This document shows, one piece after another, positions 58,733-64,000 of a stretch of DNA of 64,000 nt (the stretch's first letter is position 1; each line of letters starts with the position of its first letter). A program made the translations under genes and the position numbers. Source of the DNA: a virus (Duplodnaviria > Caudoviricetes); IMG/VR virus record IMGVR_UViG_3300028805_000043; one strand, 5' to 3'. The notes below the pieces were generated by a model. The model made no database searches. It worked only from the letters and a program-made list of their open reading frames with translations, and was not told the origin of the DNA.

Positions 58733-60205
58733 ATGAATACATCATTAACAAATATGTCAGATTTACAAAAAATTATCTTTGTTAATAATATTAATGAAGA
58801 TGATTTAGCAAATTATGGCACATCTATTTCTGCATTATCTTCTGAATATCCTTTTGCTGTATTCTTTACAGAAAAGAATGGAGATATTAGAAATATATGG
58901 CATCAAGGTTATAGATATACAAGATTTATCGGAGTTGATGATTTACATAAAACTATTACTATAGGAGATCATACATTAAAACTTAATTTTGATTATGAAA
59001 CTGGATTAATAGGTATTTATGATACAAATGTTTTATCATCAATAACTCCAATTGCATTATATTGGACAAATTTTGAAGGTACATTAATTGAAAAAACTTA
59101 TACAGAGGACACATCAGATGAAACATATATTATTGATTCAAAAAATAATACATTTGATGTTATATTTAAATTTACTTCAAATGATACAAATACATCTATA
59201 TCACAAATATCTACTGCATTAACAACATATTATAATGGAGCAACAACACAAGTAATTAATTTGCAAAATAAAACCATTGAAAATAATGGATTAAATGATG
59301 ATCATAATATTTATTATAGATTTACATACAAAATATTGGAAGATACATTTAATATCAATAATGGTAAATATTTATTTAAATCAAATTATTCTAATGATAT
59401 AGATACTTCTTTAAATTTAAGATTATTTGTTAATCCAATTAAAATTACAAATATTAATATTTTTAATACTACTGAAAATAAATTATTTACATTATTAGGT
59501 GATAATAATATAAATCAATTAAGTCAAAACTGTGTATATGAATTAGCTGTATCAATAAATCCTAATAATGCAACTTCACAAATTGGTAAATATTTATATG
59601 TTAAATTATTATCAAATAGTGAACATGTAAATATTATAAATGGAATAGGACAAATTAATGAAGGATATGCAACATTAAAATTCTCAATAGGAATTATTCC
59701 ACCTAATACAACAATTGAAGATTTATTAACATTTAAAATATTTAGAAGATTAAATAATATAGAAGAAGCACCAGTTGAATCATTAACAAAAGAATATAGT
59801 ATTAAAGTTTCTGGTATATCATCAAATAAATTCATTTATTATGGATTTAAAGATCCTTCAAATATTATGCAATCTGATTTAACTGATTTTAATAATCCAG
59901 GTGAAGAGATCATATATGATTGGCATGATTATGTTAATGGTAATAAAAATTGGAATACTGAAGAACAATCATTAATTGATGCCAATCCAAATCGTCCATT
60001 CTATATCGCTATACCAGAGGAATATAAAAATATTATTTTACCTCGTATAGATTGTTGGACTGAAGAGGAAAACAAAGAAGATGTATATGTATCTAATATT
60101 AATGCATTTACTTACTTATCAGAAATAGAAATAGGTAATGTCGGTACATTTATAATTTATAAATCAAATGCATTCAATGGATTCTATTATGGAAAAATAC
60201 AATAA
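58733..60205 (+). CDS. Putative structural protein
   Basis: 490 aa; VSINPNNAT Ig-like remnant; ends FYIAIP..IYKS like a degenerate domain B. Confidence 0.6.
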   Translation: MNTSLTNMSDLQKIIFVNNINEDDLANYGTSISALSSEYPFAVFFTEKNGDIRNIWHQGYRYTRFIGVDDLHKTITIGDHTLKLNFDYETGLIGIYDTNVLSSITPIALYWTNFEGTLIEKTYTEDTSDETYIIDSKNNTFDVIFKFTSNDTNTSISQISTALTTYYNGATTQVINLQNKTIENNGLNDDHNIYYRFTYKILEDTFNINNGKYLFKSNYSNDIDTSLNLRLFVNPIKITNINIFNTTENKLFTLLGDNNINQLSQNCVYELAVSINPNNATSQIGKYLYVKLLSNSEHVNIINGIGQINEGYATLKFSIGIIPPNTTIEDLLTFKIFRRLNNIEEAPVESLTKEYSIKVSGISSNKFIYYGFKDPSNIMQSDLTDFNNPGEEIIYDWHDYVNGNKNWNTEEQSLIDANPNRPFYIAIPEEYKNIILPRIDCWTEEENKEDVYVSNINAFTYLSEIEIGNVGTFIIYKSNAFNGFYYGKIQ

Positions 60206-60217
60206 TTAATAATTATA

Positions 60218-61552
60218 ATGGGACAAATTTTTACAGGATTTAATCATTCTCAAGAACCAGGTAAGTATGAACGCACACATATTCAATATCCTATTTATAA
60301 TGATACCCCTGGTGGTAAGATAGGATCAATTGAAAATATTGATTTTGGATCATTAGTTGGATTTGGATATAAGACACAAGAATATAATAATGCTGATTCA
60401 TTAGCTTCATATAGTGAAGTAATAATGGCTATTCATACATTATTAAATGATTTAAATACAAGAATTAAGAAATTTGAAGAAACTGTTGCTGTTACAGGAG
60501 TTTCAATTGATATTGAAGGTGGCGTATTGACATTAAATGCACAAAATGCAACACGTCGTATTGTACCAACTATAACACCAAGTAATGCAACAAATACATC
60601 AGTTCGTTGGTCAACAGCAAATCCTGATGTTGTAACTATTGATGAAAATGGCACAGTTACGGCTATTGGTACTGGTACAACAACAATATCATGTACGACT
60701 ATAGATGGTGGATTTAGTGCATCTTGTGCAGTATCATGCTCATGGGATACTTCAATACATGTAACAGGTTTAACTCTTTCAACAAATACATTAGCATTTA
60801 CTAGTACAAATTCAAATCAAACACTTATAGCTACAGTAAGTCCATCTAATGCTACAAATAAAAATGTTACATGGTCATCAAATAATACAAATGTTGCAAC
60901 TGTTAATTCATCAGGTTTAGTTACTGCAGTTGCTCCTGGTGATGCTATTATTACATGTAGAACTAGTGATGGTGGATATACTGCAACATGTTCAGTACAT
61001 TGTGAATGGAATACTAATGTTGCTGTAACTGGAGTTTCAATTTCACCTGTAACTAAAACATTTACAAGTGCTGGTTCAACACAACAACTTACAGCTACAG
61101 TAAGTCCATCTAATGCTACAAATAAAAATGTTACATGGTCATCAAATAATACAAATGTTGCAACTGTTAATTCATCAGGTTTAGTTACTGCAGTTGCTCC
61201 TGGTGATGCTATTATTACATGTACAACATCAGATGGTTCTAAGACAGCTCAATGTAATATATCATGTTCATGGAATTTAAGTTGGTTCTCAATTGGTCCA
61301 GATGCAATTACAGTTGATAACTATACAACTGCTAATAATGCACAACAGGCAACATCATACCCATCAACATATACATCTGATTCACGACAATATATTTATT
61401 GTTTAATACCTAATACGAAAACAATACAATTTATTGAACCAGCACTTAATGCTCCAATTGAACTTTATGAACAAGATATAAATATAGCTGGACATAAAGT
61501 ATATAAGTCAAGTAGTAAAATCATGGGTACAATTAATATTGTAGTTTCTTAA
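60218..61552 (+). CDS. Ig-like (Big_2 x3) virion surface protein with domain B
   Basis: Three VTG(V/L)..PSNATN..V.WS..N..V.T....G.VTA...G...I.C units, then domain B. Confidence 0.85.
   Translation: MGQIFTGFNHSQEPGKYERTHIQYPIYNDTPGGKIGSIENIDFGSLVGFGYKTQEYNNADSLASYSEVIMAIHTLLNDLNTRIKKFEETVAVTGVSIDIEGGVLTLNAQNATRRIVPTITPSNATNTSVRWSTANPDVVTIDENGTVTAIGTGTTTISCTTIDGGFSASCAVSCSWDTSIHVTGLTLSTNTLAFTSTNSNQTLIATVSPSNATNKNVTWSSNNTNVATVNSSGLVTAVAPGDAIITCRTSDGGYTATCSVHCEWNTNVAVTGVSISPVTKTFTSAGSTQQLTATVSPSNATNKNVTWSSNNTNVATVNSSGLVTAVAPGDAIITCTTSDGSKTAQCNISCSWNLSWFSIGPDAITVDNYTTANNAQQATSYPSTYTSDSRQYIYCLIPNTKTIQFIEPALNAPIELYEQDINIAGHKVYKSSSKIMGTINIVVS
60829..61223 (+). repeat. Identical 131-bp direct repeat (60829-60959 and 61093-61223)
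   Basis: Manual alignment; offset 264 nt, equal to one 88-aa Ig unit. Confidence 0.9.
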
Positions 61553-61572
61553 ATATAAGATATAATGTTAAT

Positions 61573-62484
61573 ATGCAATATACAAATAATAACATAATAT
61601 TTAATAATGTAAAAACACAAGGTATTAAATTAAGTGCTAGTCCTATGTTAGTAAAAGGATTAGTTGGAACAGATCCTGATGATGGTACTGGTATTGTTAA
61701 TGCAGTGGATATTGATTGGAATGATGCTAATTTAGAACCATTAATTACTAATGAAGCTATTAAAAGCAAAATATCAAATTTAAAAATTAATACAACGGGT
61801 GATTTATTAAAATTAATAATTGAATTAATTAATTTAATAAAAATTGAAACATATTGGTTTTCAATTGGTCCAGAAGAAATCACAGCTAGCAATTATACAA
61901 TCGCTAATGGTGCCCAACAAGTAACATCATATCCAACATCATATGAATCTGTTGAACGTAAATATTTATATTGTTTAATACCTGATACAAAAACAATACA
62001 ATTTATTGAACCAACACTTGGTGCGCCAATTGAATTTTATGAACAAGATATAACTATACCTGGTTATAAAGTATATAAATCAAGTAGTAAAATCATGGGC
62101 ATTATCGATATCGCTGTTGAAGAAAAATCTGAGCCTATAAATGAAAATGAAACTGAAACTGAAAATGAAAATGAAAATGAAGAAGAACAAATAATACAAA
62201 ATAAGTTTTGGTATTCAATTGGACCTGATGAAATTACTTTAGATAATTATACTACAGTTAATAATGCACAACAATTAGATGAATATCCAGTAAATTCATC
62301 ATATTCAACAGAAACACGTCAATATATATATTGTTTAATTAGTGAAAATAAAACAATACAATTTATTGAACCAACATTTAATGCGCCAATTGAACTTTAT
62401 GAACAAGATATAAATATACCTGGATATAAAGTATATAAATCAAGTAGTAAAATCATTGATACAATCAATATAAAAATATCATAA
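61573..62484 (+). CDS. Virion protein: domain A followed by two copies of domain B
   Basis: GTDPDDGTGIVNAVDIDWN N-terminus; two IGP(E/D)EIT domains joined by an ENET/ENEN linker. Confidence 0.75.
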   Translation: MQYTNNNIIFNNVKTQGIKLSASPMLVKGLVGTDPDDGTGIVNAVDIDWNDANLEPLITNEAIKSKISNLKINTTGDLLKLIIELINLIKIETYWFSIGPEEITASNYTIANGAQQVTSYPTSYESVERKYLYCLIPDTKTIQFIEPTLGAPIEFYEQDITIPGYKVYKSSSKIMGIIDIAVEEKSEPINENETETENENENEEEQIIQNKFWYSIGPDEITLDNYTTVNNAQQLDEYPVNSSYSTETRQYIYCLISENKTIQFIEPTFNAPIELYEQDINIPGYKVYKSSSKIIDTINIKIS

Positions 62485-62503
62485 ATTTATTTAAAAATTA
62501 ATT

Positions 62504-63052
62504 ATGGAATTAAATATTAATGGAATAGCATTTACTAACGTTAAAACTGGTGGTATAAAAATTTCATCTAACCCTATAAATGTTAATGGATTATCTAGTA
62601 CAGATCCTGATGACGGTTCAGGTATTCTTAATATAGTTAATATTGACTGGAACGGAGCAATTATTCCTAATGGTGATTTAGCTAATGGTACTTCAAAGAC
62701 AATTAATACAACTGGTGAATTATTAAGTCTTATTAATGAAATGCAGCAAGAAATCTATGTTCTTTCTGCAGCTGTTGTAGCATTGTCTAATAATACATCT
62801 TCTAGTGTTGATTAATCACAGCTAGATTTTGGTGATAGCATGCTTCGAGTATCAGGAGAAACATATTCAATTAAACATGGATTTAACGGATATGCATTTA
62901 GCGTAGATACTAATTTGGTAACAGTATCAGATACATCATTTACAGCAGGTCAACAAATTACTTTTAGATGTGTTGCTGGAAAAAGTGAAGCAGTACCTGT
63001 TCTTCTAGTAAATACTGATAATAATTATGAAACTGTTGCAATACATGTATAA
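62504..63052 (+). pseudogene. Domain-A protein interrupted by one in-frame TAA (62813-62815), or two small genes
   Basis: ORFs 62504-62815 and 62840-63052 share a frame, bridged by 8 sense codons SQLDFGDS. Confidence 0.5.
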
Positions 63053-63070
63053 AGTATAATAAGTTCATTT

Positions 63071-63100
63071 AAAGGATATTCAATAGAATATCCTTTTTTT
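63071..63100 (+). terminator. Intrinsic terminator
   Basis: AAAGGATATTC-AATA-GAATATCCTTTTTTT. Confidence 0.8.
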
Positions 63101-63158
63101 ATGCATAGAATTTAAATATCTTAAATTATTTTTATATATAACATATTAAAAACGTATT

Positions 63159-63620
63159 ATGCTTGATTATAAACTTTTAAAATATAAGCCAACTATAACA
63201 TATAATAACGAAACATACACAGATTTATTGGCAAGAACATTTAATGAAAATGCAATGTATACACCAATTCCTGTTGTTGTTAATGAATATTATGTGGCAC
63301 GTCCTGATTTAATTTCATTAACAATGTTTGGTACAGATCAATATGCAGATATAATTTGTAAAATAAATGGAATATCTAATCCTTTTGAAATGAATGAAAA
63401 TGATGTGTTAGTTGTTCCTAATGTAGAATATCTTACTCAATGTTTAGCAAAAACTAGAAATGCATCTGAAATGATTAATGATCCTGATAATGAAGTAATT
63501 CAAAAATTAGATAAGAATAATAAGCAAAAACGTAAAAATGAATTAAGATCTCCAAACGAACAATTAATAGGAGATTCTAATTATGTTATTGATAAATCAT
63601 TAGGTTTAGTATTTTATTAA
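63159..63620 (+). CDS. T4 gp53-like baseplate wedge protein (LysM-like)
   Basis: ARPDLISLTMFGTDQYADIICKINGISNPF. Confidence 0.75.
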   Translation: MLDYKLLKYKPTITYNNETYTDLLARTFNENAMYTPIPVVVNEYYVARPDLISLTMFGTDQYADIICKINGISNPFEMNENDVLVVPNVEYLTQCLAKTRNASEMINDPDNEVIQKLDKNNKQKRKNELRSPNEQLIGDSNYVIDKSLGLVFY

Positions 63621-63638
63621 AATTAGTTAATATATAGA

Positions 63639-64000
63639 ATGTCAGATATACAAAGTATAACATCACAAACTCAAATATCTAATTCAGTTCAACCTGGTGT
63701 TAATAAAGATAATGGTAATTCAAAACAAAATGAACAAACTCCTAATCAACAAGAATCTGTAGGAAAAGAAAAAAATTATACAGATCCTAAAGTTTGTCAT
63801 GACCCATCAATATCATTAGAAAGTATTGCTAGAAAGTATACAGATCAAAATAAGGTAATGATGGAAAATGGAGAAGATATATCAGCAAATAATATGTATG
63901 ATGCTACATTAATTGATGGTATTGAATATCCATTAGTTGTAATTAACAATCGTAATATTGAGAATAATGAAATTATTAGTATGACAATTAACTATAATTC
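63639..64000 (+). CDS. Partial CDS running off window end; probably baseplate-related
   Basis: ATG at 63639, MSDIQSITSQ..., appears open to the end. Confidence 0.65.
   Translation, partial: MSDIQSITSQTQISNSVQPGVNKDNGNSKQNEQTPNQQESVGKEKNYTDPKVCHDPSISLESIARKYTDQNKVMMENGEDISANNMYDATLIDGIEYPLVVINNRNIENNEIISMTINYN

Noticed and set aside
30805-62484. Domain-B repeats as DGR template and variable regions
   Set aside because: All copies are coding, differences include synonymous C/T changes rather than adenine-specific ones, and no reverse transcriptase is in the window
1-64000. TAG-to-Gln recoding as in Lak megaphages
   Set aside because: Long structural genes contain no in-frame TAG. The TAG stops I noticed (17564, 50140) are compatible with normal ends, although the one at 50140 is in frame with the next ORF; not enough evidence

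Overview
AT-rich, gene-dense segment of a jumbo/mega myovirus with T4-superfamily core genes: gp43-like PolB, gp2-like DNA-end protector, gp4-like head-completion nuclease, gp53-like baseplate, a tail-tube-fold protein and a tape-measure-like protein. Host-like genes (malate dehydrogenase, OmpA-family protein, DEDDh exonuclease) and A-rich leaders without Shine-Dalgarno motifs point to a Bacteroidales host (inference). The long ORFs read through under the standard code. Main finding: the family-B DNA polymerase is fractured at its catalytic YSDTD|S motif into two genes (35806-38136, 33583-34557). Each carries half of a Ser1 split intein, and a Vsr/EDxHD-like endonuclease gene overlaps both, so the polymerase must be rebuilt by protein trans-splicing. 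Second: about 10 unrelated genes share an N-terminal MKx(L/F)xx(F/Y)IxE leader resembling the T4 capsid-targeting sequence and cluster with gp2/gp4, suggesting head-packaged, injected cargo that includes a Nudix and a HExxH protein. Also present: two promoter-like motif classes, two fibre loci 30 kb apart that share domains, sugar and nucleotide enzymes, an S1-domain protein and a lysis cassette with a possibly structured leader. No tRNA, rRNA or CRISPR array was recognised. All functional calls come from motifs recognised by eye; no database search was run.
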